64,000 nt of DNA, taken from assembly GCA_963806185.1 (NCBI GenBank), contig CAWDXE010000007.1:352001-416000 (forward strand). The letters are read 5' to 3'. This DNA comes from an uncultured candidate division Zixibacteria bacterium. GTDB taxonomy: Bacteria; Zixibacteria; MSB-5A5; GN15; FEB-12. A program made the position numbers and the translations under genes. This document shows positions 29,294-38,364 of this stretch, one piece after another. The stretch's first letter is position 1, and the number at the start of each line of letters is the position of its first letter. The notes under the pieces were generated by a model. The model was not told the origin of the DNA. It saw only the letters and a list, made by a program, of their open reading frames with translations, and ran no database searches.

Positions 29294-29881
29294 TCACACC
29301 GCCTCCTGCATCGTCGCCTCAAGCTTCCGGTTCATGAGCGCGCTGAGTGTCTCCAACAGCGACCGGTAGATGTTTCGTTCATCGCGCAGGTACTTGGTCT
29401 TGATTTCCAGATTGTAGTAGGGAATTCCCAGATGATTTCCGCGTCCGATGCGGACAGCTTTGGGGAAATTGAGAAGAATCGCCGACGTAAACAGCGACTG
29501 TTCCAGATTCATGTCGAGCACGAGATCAAATTTCTGCTGCTGCAGCGTCTGAATGTACGACTTCTTCGGCAGCCCGGCCCAGTTCAGTTGCTCCACCGTC
29601 GGTGTCAGGAGTATGACCCCCTTGCGCGGGTAGATGTCGGTCACTTTGATTCCCGGCATCGCCAACAGCGTGATTTCGGCGCTCCTGAACAGGATCATGA
29701 TCGCCGGAAGGAACTGCTTGACCATTGTCAGCTCCCGCAGTCCCGGCGGCAGGCAGATGAGCATGTGACGGGTGCCCAGCAAGTCGCGCGGAAAACTGCA
29801 TTCCTGCGGCTCCATCTGTTTACGCAAACGCTTCAACTGAATGTGTGCATACGCTGCCCTGATCGAATTCATCAGCTTCAT
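29294..29881 (-). CDS. Hypothetical protein (GT9 N-terminal/DUF6913-like)
   Basis: 195 aa in operon; KFDLVLDMN and KAVRIG..YYNLEI segments. Confidence 0.6.
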   Translation of the reverse strand: MKLMNSIRAAYAHIQLKRLRKQMEPQECSFPRDLLGTRHMLICLPPGLRELTMVKQFLPAIMILFRSAEITLLAMPGIKVTDIYPRKGVILLTPTVEQLNWAGLPKKSYIQTLQQQKFDLVLDMNLEQSLFTSAILLNFPKAVRIGRGNHLGIPYYNLEIKTKYLRDERNIYRSLLETLSALMNRKLEATMQEAV

Positions 29882-29888
29882 AGCAGCC

Positions 29889-30776
29889 TCACCGTGTCGT
29901 GTCGACTTTCTGTCCGCTGTCGGGACTCTGCACTGTATCGCTGCCGGTGGTGTCTGATTCTTTCGGCAAATAATTGGCCAGCGTGTTATGATTGATGATC
30001 ACGCGCATGATCGACTTCGTGCGCGGATCGATCAAATCCACCGGACGGCCGTTGATTCTCACATCGAGCAAAAGCGGTTCGCTGATCGAAACGACCATAC
30101 TCGTGTTGGCGGTCATTTCGATCGACTCGCCCGCATTCACTTCGCGATTCACCTTCGATTCACCGTCGACCAGCACCGTGACCCAGCTCTGTCCCCGGCT
30201 GATCATGGCCATCGTGAACGGACCGTTCACGTACTCGCCCGCCGCGGTCACCTGTGTCCCCGACGGCTGATTCTGCGCCGCCGGCGCCGATTGATTTATC
30301 GTCGCCGTCTCGGGACCGGCCTTCTTCCCGTCGAGCACCAGAAACTTGTATGAGACAGCCAGCGCGGCGATCACCAGTACGATCACAATGATCCACCCGG
30401 CCAGCTTCTTGCCGCCGCCGGTCGCGGGCTCCTCCGGCTCTATGACCGGACGCTTGCCTGACGGTGGCGCCGGGCGGCTGGACGGAGCCGCTTCACCCTC
30501 GCCGGTCACGCCGTTCAGCGGCACTTCCGGTTCGCCCACTTCCTCCCGAATTGCCTCCATCGTCCGCGTAAAGTCTATACCGAGATGTTCGGCGTATGAC
30601 TTGGCGAACAGGTTGTAGTATATCTCCGACGGCAGCGATTCGACGCTTCCTTGCTCGATCGCTTCCAGAATGGAATCGGAGATTTTAAGCTGTGACGCAA
30701 GATCGGCGATATTCAGCTTACGGTTTTCCCGCTCGATGCGGAGCGCCTCGCCGAGCTTCGTATGAACGATACTCAT
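29889..30776 (-). CDS. rodZ: RodZ-like protein (HTH, TM, DUF4115)
   Basis: LGEALRIERE..LEAIEQG..FAKSYAEHLGID, single TM, SWVTVLVDG periplasmic domain. Confidence 0.8.
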   Translation of the reverse strand: MSIVHTKLGEALRIERENRKLNIADLASQLKISDSILEAIEQGSVESLPSEIYYNLFAKSYAEHLGIDFTRTMEAIREEVGEPEVPLNGVTGEGEAAPSSRPAPPSGKRPVIEPEEPATGGGKKLAGWIIVIVLVIAALAVSYKFLVLDGKKAGPETATINQSAPAAQNQPSGTQVTAAGEYVNGPFTMAMISRGQSWVTVLVDGESKVNREVNAGESIEMTANTSMVVSISEPLLLDVRINGRPVDLIDPRTKSIMRVIINHNTLANYLPKESDTTGSDTVQSPDSGQKVDTTR

Positions 30777-30794
30777 ATGTTGGAACGCTTTCTC

Positions 30795-31397
30795 TCAGTG
30801 CCGAAGTACGTCCCCCGCTAAATGATCTAACAACGTGCGGGGAAGACCAACGACAGTATCAAGATTCCCTGCTATCCTGTCAACTAAAAAGCCCCCCATG
30901 CCCTGTATGCCATAGGAGCCGGCTTTATCCATCGGTTCACCGGTGGCAATGTACTCATCGATCCGCTCCGGCGAAAGCGGATTGAAGTAAACGTCCGTCA
31001 ATTCGTATCCCGACGCCAGGAGTTGTCCACATCGGGCAAACGCACAGGCGGTGCAAACCGTGTGTTGTCGAGCCGACAACCGCAATAGCATCGCGCGGGC
31101 GTGCGCGCCATCGTCCGGTTTCTCGAGTACTTCGTCGCCCAGAACGACAATCGTGTCACACCCCAGAACCACGGCGTCCGCCGGCGCCTGTCCCGACACA
31201 ACCATTGCCTTCTGCTCGGCCAGACGCTGCGCGTAGGGGAAGGGAGATTCGTCGGGATGAAGCTTTTCGTGGATATCCGGGATGATCTGCGTGAACTTCA
31301 CCCCGCATTCGCGGAGGAGCTCGACCCGCCGCGGTGAACCGGAGCCGAGAATCAATGGGAATCGGGCGGCTAATTCAACCAATTGGAGATACATCAT
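30795..31397 (-). CDS. maf: Maf nucleoside triphosphate pyrophosphatase
   Basis: LGSGSPRRVELL, GCDTIV, EKP, DKAGSYGIQG, VVGLP. Confidence 0.95.
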   Translation of the reverse strand: MMYLQLVELAARFPLILGSGSPRRVELLRECGVKFTQIIPDIHEKLHPDESPFPYAQRLAEQKAMVVSGQAPADAVVLGCDTIVVLGDEVLEKPDDGAHARAMLLRLSARQHTVCTACAFARCGQLLASGYELTDVYFNPLSPERIDEYIATGEPMDKAGSYGIQGMGGFLVDRIAGNLDTVVGLPRTLLDHLAGDVLRH

Positions 31398-31830
31398 GAT
31401 CCAGAATGATTGTGACCGGTCCCCGATTCGTAAACTTCACGTCCATCTTCGCTCCAAATACTCCCGTCGCGACGGTCAGCCCCCTCTCGCGCAGGCAGGT
31501 GATGAATTGGTCGTACAATCGCTCCGCCTCCTTCGGTTCCATGGCCTCGTTAAACGACGGGCGCCGTCCTTTTCGGGCGTCAGCATACAACGTGAACTGC
31601 GACACCACCATGATCTCGCCGCCAACCTCGAGCACCGACCGATTCATCTTGTCCTGATCGTCCTCAAAGATTCTCAGATTGGACACTTTTTCGGCCAATG
31701 CCGCGCACGATGATTCGACGTCGCCCGTCCTCGTCCCGAAAAGGACGACCAATCCGGGCCCGGCGGCGCTCACTTTGGCGCCGTCGATCAACACCTCCGC
31801 CCCGGCACTTCGTTGAATGACAACTCTCAT
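31375..31830 (-). CDS. dtd: D-aminoacyl-tRNA deacylase
   Basis: MRVVIQR, VSQFTL, KGRRPSF, NRGPVT. Confidence 0.96.
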   Translation of the reverse strand: MRVVIQRSAGAEVLIDGAKVSAAGPGLVVLFGTRTGDVESSCAALAEKVSNLRIFEDDQDKMNRSVLEVGGEIMVVSQFTLYADARKGRRPSFNEAMEPKEAERLYDQFITCLRERGLTVATGVFGAKMDVKFTNRGPVTIILDHDVSPIG

Positions 31831-31986
31831 CGTATCATTGCCTTACCGGGGCGAATATACCCCACGCGACGACAAAGGCAACCGCTTTCTCTGGTCCGGC
31901 CGTGCAAAGTTGAACTTGCCCCCGCCGCCGCTCCTGCTATACCTTGGGTCAAATGACTGAGGGGCGGCATGGCTCGCGCCATCCGT

Positions 31987-32011
31987 GGAACCGAACAGCC
32001 TTTTGGTTGTT
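31987..32011 (+). promoter_or_regulatory. ECF-type promoter upstream of trxA
   Basis: GGAAC-N17-GTT, like the SigH/SigR thiol-stress promoter pattern. Confidence 0.4.
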
Positions 32012-32056
32012 TGAAGGCATTACGAAGCTGTTTGAACCTTTGCGGAGGATGAAAAG

Positions 32057-32389
32057 ATGAGCAAACCGATAGATGTCACCGACGAATCATTCGAAAAAGA
32101 AGTGATTCAATCCGACCGTCCAGTCATCGTGGATTTCTGGGCCACTTGGTGCGGCCCGTGCAAAATGATTGCGCCTATTCTGGAGGAAGTCGCTCGCGAT
32201 ATGGGCGACCGCGTAAAAATCACCAAGCTCGATGTCGATTCGAACAATAGAACCGCCGGCAAATACAACATCATGTCGATCCCGTCATTGCTGTTTTTCC
32301 GCAACGGCCAGGTGGTGGATCAGGTCATTGGCGCGATTCCCAAAGCCCAGATTGTCCAGCGTCTCGAAAAAGTGCTGACCGCCGTCTGA
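32057..32389 (+). CDS. trxA: Thioredoxin
   Basis: DFWATWCGPCK, IMSIP; GGAGG RBS. Confidence 0.97.
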   Translation: MSKPIDVTDESFEKEVIQSDRPVIVDFWATWCGPCKMIAPILEEVARDMGDRVKITKLDVDSNNRTAGKYNIMSIPSLLFFRNGQVVDQVIGAIPKAQIVQRLEKVLTAV

Positions 32390-32403
32390 TTCTGAACCCT
32401 CAT

Positions 32404-32432
32404 GGCCAGGCTCAACACTTCCTGGCCTTTTT
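32404..32432 (+). terminator. Rho-independent terminator after trxA
   Basis: GGCCAGG-N10-CCTGGCC-TTTTT. Confidence 0.7.
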
Positions 32433-32580
32433 ATTGGCGTCAGGACCCTCTCGGGACGGTCAACCGGCTCTGCCATCTCTTTACGGAACTTTTCGACCCG
32501 CCCCATTCTTACAGAGATGGGCTCCTTCGGGAGCTCCGTGAAACAGGCGGAATGACCGACAATCAGCACTGGAACAACCG

Positions 32581-32766
32581 ATGGATTTTTACGACATACT
32601 CTTTCTCCTGGCCTTTGTGGTGGCTTGGCTCCTGTTGGTCACCAAGGTGTTGCCTCGTTTCGGCGTCGGCACCTGAGTGACTCGAGATTGCCGGCTCCCG
32701 GTGGGAGAGATCAAAAAGAAATCTGAGGCCCCGGAATCGCCCGATTCGCCGCCCAAAGCGAATTAA
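32581..32766 (+). CDS. Small single-TM protein with in-frame UGA (candidate selenoprotein), not in the ORF track
   Basis: MDFYDILFLLAFVVAWLLLVTKVLPRFGVGT-[TGA 32674]-VTRDCRLPVGEIKKKSEAPESPDSPPKAN-TAA; CTCCC-GGT-GGGAG hairpin at 32695-32707. Confidence 0.6.
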
Positions 32767-32783
32767 GTCGTCATAACTTCCGG

Positions 32784-32810
32784 TAAACAGCGACTGGTCT
32801 TTGCCGATAT
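32784..32810 (+). promoter_or_regulatory. Sigma-28 (FliA/SigD/WhiG)-type promoter
   Basis: TAAA-N15-GCCGATAT directly upstream of the rhomboid gene. Confidence 0.65.
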
Positions 32811-32830
32811 ACCGTATAATAATGGGCACT

Positions 32831-33691
32831 ATGCGTAATCAATGGGACAACAGAGCGACCTCCGGCGGCGGTCTGCAGATCGGCCCGGGTGCGCTGTCGC
32901 CGTTCATCAAAGTGATGATGATCGTCAACGCGATTGTCTTCCTGCTGCAATACATCCTGCCCCGCTATGCCAACTTCGATATCACCGGGCTGTTCGGTCT
33001 CGTACCCGCCATGTTCTGGGGGCATTTTCCGGCCTACATCTTCCAAGCCTTTACCTACATGTTCCTGCATGGTGGATTCGGCCACATCTTCTTCAATCTT
33101 TTCGCTCTCTGGATGTTTGGTACCGAGATTGAGTACGCCTGGGGCAGCCGGTCATTCGGCCGGTTTTACATCATCTGCGGTCTGGCTGGCGCGCTTCTGA
33201 CCCTGCTCGTCTACCCGCATCAACAAGTGGTCACTATCGGTGCGTCGGGCGCCATCTACGGTGTGCTGGTCGCCTATTGGCTGATGTTCCCCAATCGCGA
33301 TCTCTATTTTTATTTCCTTGTTCCCGTCAAAGTGAAATACGCCATCCCCGGCATGATGATTCTCGGCTACATCTTGAGTGTGACCGGCGGCTCCAATGTC
33401 GCGCACATGGCCCATCTCGGCGGTGCGGCTTGCGGCCTCATATATCTCAAGCTCGATTGGCGCTGGATGCGGCTGGGCGGAAAGCTAAAAGGCTTGCGTT
33501 ACCGCCGTCAAATGGCTAAGCTGGAGAAACGCCGCGAGGCCGCTGCGGATACGATGAAGCGGGTCGACGAAATCCTCGACAAGATCAACGAGGTCGGCAT
33601 AGAAAACCTGAGCAAAAGTGATCGCAAGTTCCTCGAAGACGCGGCTTCCAACTTGCGGCAGGAAAAGGATAGAGCGAGCAACCAGGGGTAA
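32831..33691 (+). CDS. Rhomboid intramembrane serine protease with C-terminal helical extension
   Basis: FTYMFLHG, HIFFN, GASG, AHMAHLGG; tail VDEILDKINEVGIENLS. Start may be 32822 or 32831. Confidence 0.92.
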   Translation: MRNQWDNRATSGGGLQIGPGALSPFIKVMMIVNAIVFLLQYILPRYANFDITGLFGLVPAMFWGHFPAYIFQAFTYMFLHGGFGHIFFNLFALWMFGTEIEYAWGSRSFGRFYIICGLAGALLTLLVYPHQQVVTIGASGAIYGVLVAYWLMFPNRDLYFYFLVPVKVKYAIPGMMILGYILSVTGGSNVAHMAHLGGAACGLIYLKLDWRWMRLGGKLKGLRYRRQMAKLEKRREAAADTMKRVDEILDKINEVGIENLSKSDRKFLEDAASNLRQEKDRASNQG

Positions 33692-33697
33692 CACCAG

Positions 33698-34906
33698 ATG
33701 CGCAAGCGGATTCTGATCGCCGAGGCCGGCGACACCGTCCGACAGGCGGCCGAAACGGTCCTCAGACAGCACGGCTTTGAAGTCATCTCCGTCCCGAGCG
33801 CCGAAAAAGCGCGCGAGGTTCTGAATTTCGCCCGTCCCGACCTCCTGCTGGTGGGGGGCTCCCTTCAGACCGCCGACCAGCGCCTCTTTTATGATCGCTT
33901 GCATCACGATCCCAAAACCTCCAGTCTTCCCATGCTGGTCCTTGAACCGTCCGATAAGAAGTCACTCGACTGGCCGGGCGAACTGGTCGTCCACCAACCG
34001 ATCGACCCGAAAGAGCTGATCGACAAAGTTACTACGTTTGTTGCCCACTCGGCCGCTCGCAGCCAGCCGGTGCGCAAGGAAGAATCTCCCATCGGCGGCA
34101 CTGACGTATCGGACGCCTTCCTGGATGAGGCTCTCGGCCTTGACAAACTCGACGTTACCAAGTCGGAAATGTTTGACGGGACAACCAAGATTCGCAAAGG
34201 GCCGAAGGTTACCAAGGACGCCACCATCGGCTATGAACATTCGGTTGAGGAAGACCTCTCCGACTCGTCGCGCGTTGAATCACTTGTCATCCGCGATGAC
34301 AAGGGTGAAATCCACCATCACCCGGCGGGTCCCCAGCCGCCTGTTAACACCAATTCCACCGGCTCGCTCGAAATCATGAAAGACCAGTACGGTCTCACCG
34401 ACCCGGCCGCCTTTAAGCAGAGCCAAGCCCAGCAGCAGGACGCCGATCACGATTACAATTGGTTCGTAAACGCGATGCGCGAGGAGAACACACAGGGCGG
34501 CAAACCGAAGCCGGCGAGTGATTCGTCCCGCATCGCCGTTACCAAGACGTCGGCGTTGGTCGATCCGGTCACGCCGGGACCTGGCGGCGCCGCTGCGGCC
34601 AAACGCACTGAGGGAGTCGAGAAGTTCATCGACGAGTTTAAGAAAGAGATAGAACAACTCCGCTCCAACGACGTCGAGCCGCTCAGTTCCGTGCTCCCGC
34701 CGGGGACCACGGCTCCATCCGAAAAGCAACTGCCCTGGGAAGAGAAGCTGGAGAAGCTCTCCGGTGAGGAAATCGACCTGTTCACCAGGGAATTTGCGCA
34801 TGAACTGGGTGACCGGATCGCCGAACGAATCATCGCTAAAATCGACAGCGACAAGCTTCTCCAAATGCTGAAAGACGAAATCCTCGCCCGCGCTCGAAAA
34901 AAATGA
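33698..34906 (+). CDS. Atypical receiver-domain protein with long low-complexity linker and C-terminal helix (RomR-like architecture)
   Basis: RILIAE..RPDLLLVG..DPKTSSLPML..QPIDPKELIDKV receiver fold; C-terminus IAERIIAKI..MLKDEI. Confidence 0.7.
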   Translation: MRKRILIAEAGDTVRQAAETVLRQHGFEVISVPSAEKAREVLNFARPDLLLVGGSLQTADQRLFYDRLHHDPKTSSLPMLVLEPSDKKSLDWPGELVVHQPIDPKELIDKVTTFVAHSAARSQPVRKEESPIGGTDVSDAFLDEALGLDKLDVTKSEMFDGTTKIRKGPKVTKDATIGYEHSVEEDLSDSSRVESLVIRDDKGEIHHHPAGPQPPVNTNSTGSLEIMKDQYGLTDPAAFKQSQAQQQDADHDYNWFVNAMREENTQGGKPKPASDSSRIAVTKTSALVDPVTPGPGGAAAAKRTEGVEKFIDEFKKEIEQLRSNDVEPLSSVLPPGTTAPSEKQLPWEEKLEKLSGEEIDLFTREFAHELGDRIAERIIAKIDSDKLLQMLKDEILARARKK

Positions 34907-34976
34907 ACCGGGCTCGTCGCCGATTGTATACCCATGAACTGCGCTCATCCTCTAGTCATAGGACAGGCTAATATCC

Positions 34977-35723
34977 GTGTTTGAACAACCTACTGTTGGT
35001 ATCGGTACCGCCATTCTCGCCGGGCTGCTCTCCTTTCTTTCCCCCTGCGTCCTGCCGCTGATTCCCGGCTACCTGTCGTTTATCTCCGGCGTCTCGATGG
35101 ATGATCTGCAGCGTCGCGACCGCTCCAGCGCCCTCACCGGTCGCTTGTTTATCAATACTTTGTTCTTTGTGCTGGGCTTTTCCCTCGTTTTTGTCCTGCT
35201 CGGCGCGACCGCTTCGAGTCTCGGTAAGTTCCTCACCGAAAATCTCTCCCTTTTCAACAAGATTGCCGGCGTGCTGGTCTTCTTGTTTGGCCTGCACGTG
35301 GCGGGTGTATTTCGAGTCAAGGCGCTCAACTACGAGAAGCGTTTTCATCTCGACACCTCCAAACGTCGCGGCCTGCTTGGTTCGTCCCTGATCGGCATTG
35401 CCTTTGCCTTTGGCTGGACTCCCTGTATCGGGCCGATTCTCGGATCAATTCTCGTGCTCGCCGGTCAACAGGCCAGCGTCAATCAAGGCATATTGCTCCT
35501 GTTGTTCTATTCCGCCGGCCTCGGTATTCCGTTCATTATCACCGCCGTTTTGTTCAGCTACCTGATTGGCACTTTCAGTTTTGTCAAGCGCCATTTCCAC
35601 GCGATTGAGATTATTTCAGGCGTCCTGCTCATGATCATCGGCGTGCTCATCTTCTTCAACCTCCTCCAGAGCATTTCGACCTGGATTCTGAATCTTTTCC
35701 CGGCCCTGCAGAATATCGGCTGA
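34977..35723 (+). CDS. ccdA: Cytochrome c biogenesis protein CcdA (DsbD transmembrane domain)
   Basis: LSFLSPCVLPLIPGY, FAFGWTPCIGPIL, YSAGLGIPF. Confidence 0.93.
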   Translation: MFEQPTVGIGTAILAGLLSFLSPCVLPLIPGYLSFISGVSMDDLQRRDRSSALTGRLFINTLFFVLGFSLVFVLLGATASSLGKFLTENLSLFNKIAGVLVFLFGLHVAGVFRVKALNYEKRFHLDTSKRRGLLGSSLIGIAFAFGWTPCIGPILGSILVLAGQQASVNQGILLLLFYSAGLGIPFIITAVLFSYLIGTFSFVKRHFHAIEIISGVLLMIIGVLIFFNLLQSISTWILNLFPALQNIG

Positions 35724-35749
35724 TCGTCGCTTTCAGTGGTAAATCTTGC

Positions 35750-35783
35750 CGGCCCGTCTTGACTCTGCGCGGGCCGTCTTTTT
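35750..35783 (+). terminator. Rho-independent terminator after ccdA
   Basis: CGGCCCG...CGGGCCG then TCTTTTT. Confidence 0.55.
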
Positions 35784-35824
35784 ATATTCGTCACACATAC
35801 ACTCGTTGATATGAGCGCAGGAAT

Positions 35825-36571
35825 ATGGCGTCCAAAAAGAAACTGCAATCGGCGATCGCAATCTGCATACAGGAACCCACCGAAGACGGCTCCTCCATGG
35901 ATCTCGGCATCATCAAGGGAGACGATCTGCGCTTTCTGCATCAGGCGTTCATTACCGATACCATTATCAGCGCGCTGGCGGTCGATGCCGACGTGCGCGC
36001 GTATTACATCGACGCACCGGATCGCAAACGCTTTGTCAAGATTATCACCGAATATCTCAGCAACAAGCTGACCGGCGAGAAACTCGAACACTTCCAGCAC
36101 CGCTACGCCGGTATTGAACTGCCCAAGGAAGGGTGGGGGAGTCGCATCGAGACCGCCTTCAAGGATTGTTTCGCGCAGGGGTATACCAACGTTCTGGTGC
36201 TGGGCAGCCGCACGCCGACCGTCACGCCGCATCAGATGAAGACCGCTCTCAAGATGCTCAAGGAGAGCGATGCGGTCTTCGGCCCGACCCCCGAGGGGCG
36301 ATATTATGCCATCGGCATGTCCGGCGCCTGTAAGGTCAACCTGTCCGAATTCGACTGGAAGTCGGCCAGCATCTATCACGACGTGTCCGGGGCGTTCACG
36401 CAGGAAGGCTTGAGCTGGGCGGAGCTGGAAATCTGGTATGCGGTCGAAGGCCCCGATGAACTCGAGTTCCTGGCCCGGGATATCAATCAATTCCGCTTTG
36501 AGGGTGACGAAGCAACCGCCCACGAAACCGAGAAGGTCATGGAGCGGATCATCGCCCGCCTGGAGATGTAA
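35825..36571 (+). CDS. DUF2064/TIGR04282-like glycosyltransferase-fold protein, divergent
   Basis: WGSRIETAF..F..GY..VLVLGSRTPTV..DAVFGPTPEGRYYAIGM..WYAVEGPDEL. Confidence 0.7.
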   Translation: MASKKKLQSAIAICIQEPTEDGSSMDLGIIKGDDLRFLHQAFITDTIISALAVDADVRAYYIDAPDRKRFVKIITEYLSNKLTGEKLEHFQHRYAGIELPKEGWGSRIETAFKDCFAQGYTNVLVLGSRTPTVTPHQMKTALKMLKESDAVFGPTPEGRYYAIGMSGACKVNLSEFDWKSASIYHDVSGAFTQEGLSWAELEIWYAVEGPDELEFLARDINQFRFEGDEATAHETEKVMERIIARLEM

Positions 36572-36576
36572 CCGGC

Positions 36577-37311
36577 ATGGAACGACAACTGCAGCGGTTG
36601 AGCTGGCTGACGGTCCAGCAGATGGTCCCGAAGACCATCGATACCGTCATTCTCCCGGTCGGTACGGTCGAGGCCCACGGTTCATCGTGCCTCGGCACCG
36701 ATAATTTCATCCCCGAGACCATTGCGCAGGGAATCGCCGACCGTCTCAATGCCCTCGTCGCGCCTACCTTGAATTACGGGATCACCCGCTCGCTCTACCG
36801 GTACAACGGCGGTTCGACTATCTCGCCGGCCCTGTACGAGAAGTTTGTGGGTGAGATTCTCGACTCCCTGGCCAACAACGGCTTTCATCATATCATCGTG
36901 ATGAACGGCCATGGCGGCAACAACGCCGCGCTGAAGTCGGCCGCCATGGATTTCCATCAGCGCAAGTCGCGCAATATCGCCGTTATTCACTGGTGGGAAC
37001 TGTGCGACAAGATGACCGAGGATTTCTTTGGCCATCCGGGCGGACACGCCGGCACCGATGAAACCGCGATAATACAGGCGCTCGACCCCGCTCTGGCCGG
37101 TCAGGCCCAGTATGACCCGAAACTGGCCTGGTATTTTCGTCCCGGAGCCGATATTTACCCCGTTCCCGGTTCGATTCTCCTGTATACCGAAGGGCAGGGG
37201 CATCCGAATTACAATCTCGAACAGGCCAAGGCCTATCGCGAGAAAGTCATCGCCACCGTCGGCGACTTTGCCGCTACCGTTATCGATCGCTGGCGCATGT
37301 TTGGCTTGTAG
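36577..37311 (+). CDS. Creatininase-family amidohydrolase
   Basis: LPVGTVEAHG, GTDN, NGHGGN, GHAGTDET. Confidence 0.9.
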   Translation: MERQLQRLSWLTVQQMVPKTIDTVILPVGTVEAHGSSCLGTDNFIPETIAQGIADRLNALVAPTLNYGITRSLYRYNGGSTISPALYEKFVGEILDSLANNGFHHIIVMNGHGGNNAALKSAAMDFHQRKSRNIAVIHWWELCDKMTEDFFGHPGGHAGTDETAIIQALDPALAGQAQYDPKLAWYFRPGADIYPVPGSILLYTEGQGHPNYNLEQAKAYREKVIATVGDFAATVIDRWRMFGL

Positions 37312-37386
37312 ACTCTGGAATGCTTAGACGGTGACTGCCAGTTAAGTCAGCCACCGCCAACCGTCCTCTGCGGGGACGTGTGAGAC

Positions 37387-38232
37387 TTAGAAATGGTCGA
37401 CATAGGTCATGCGGACTTCACGCGTGAACGTGGTCGATTCCCGCCGGTTGACCGCCAGATCCTTCAGGATCAACTCCAGTTCGAAATTATTCGTAAAAAG
37501 CCACTTCACCGACATGTTTAAGTAGCCGCGCCCCTTGCCGGCAAAGACATCAGGTTCGCCATTCGGCAGCGTGCCCCGATTGTCATCGAGCCCGAAATCA
37601 TACTCGATGAGAAACGCAGCGTTGTAATCAAACGTCGCGTCGAAACCGAGGAAGAAATTGACGTCGCTCTCCTCGTCGACGTCGCTCTCCATAGAATAAT
37701 TAATCCCAGCGTGCCAGCTCGATGTCCAGCGGTAGAAATAGACTCCTCGGCTGGCCACGGCAAAGAAACCGGGCGACTTGAAGGTGTACCGTTTGTAATC
37801 ATTGTTGTACGCGCCTGCCCCCTGATCACAATACCCGACCGAAACCGCCGGGAAATACTGGAGCTCGTCAATCAAACGGAACTTGCCGCAGAAGCCCACT
37901 CTGGGGTTCCAGTTGGGTGTCCGGGCCGAAATGACATCCTCGCCGCCGTACGAAACGCCAATCTGCAGGCGGTTGGATAAGCCGATATTGGTGTACCCCA
38001 ATCCGCCGCCGTTGGGATAAATGCGCAACCCCATATCGAAATACCCGCGCGGCAGCGTGCCGGCCGTGGGCCGGTCAACGAGAAACCGGGGCGGGACGTC
38101 GTACAGTGTGTACGGCTTCGTGCGAAAATCACGATTTCCCGAGTTGACGGTGTCGCGCGGATTGCGCTGTTGTGACCAGGCGGAACCGGCCACCACTACC
38201 AACACCAGCGCTATGGTTATTGCCCTTTTCAT
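37387..38232 (-). CDS. Exported/outer-membrane protein, YjbH-like
   Basis: Signal peptide; LVDRPTAGTLPRG; alternating beta strands; C-terminal Phe. Confidence 0.65.
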   Translation of the reverse strand: MKRAITIALVLVVVAGSAWSQQRNPRDTVNSGNRDFRTKPYTLYDVPPRFLVDRPTAGTLPRGYFDMGLRIYPNGGGLGYTNIGLSNRLQIGVSYGGEDVISARTPNWNPRVGFCGKFRLIDELQYFPAVSVGYCDQGAGAYNNDYKRYTFKSPGFFAVASRGVYFYRWTSSWHAGINYSMESDVDEESDVNFFLGFDATFDYNAAFLIEYDFGLDDNRGTLPNGEPDVFAGKGRGYLNMSVKWLFTNNFELELILKDLAVNRRESTTFTREVRMTYVDHF

Positions 38233-38272
38233 CGTACCAAATCCAACTACTTTCGGTGTGCCACTTTTGACG

Positions 38273-38302
38273 AGTATAGGCCGGGCTGGTTTGCACTGTC
38301 AA
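38273..38302 (-). promoter_or_regulatory. Sigma-70-type promoter
   Basis: Minus strand TTGACA-N18-TATACT upstream of 38232. Confidence 0.55.
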
Positions 38303-38364
38303 AATAAAAACGGGATGGAAGAATGCGACGGGAATTGGACGCTCGGCCGGTGAGGCCGTTTCAG

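Noticed and set aside
32402..32829. ORF-track calls 32402..32680 (+) and 32563..32829 (-)
   Set aside because: The first spans the trxA terminator and neither looks protein-like; the frame starting at 32581 explains the region better.
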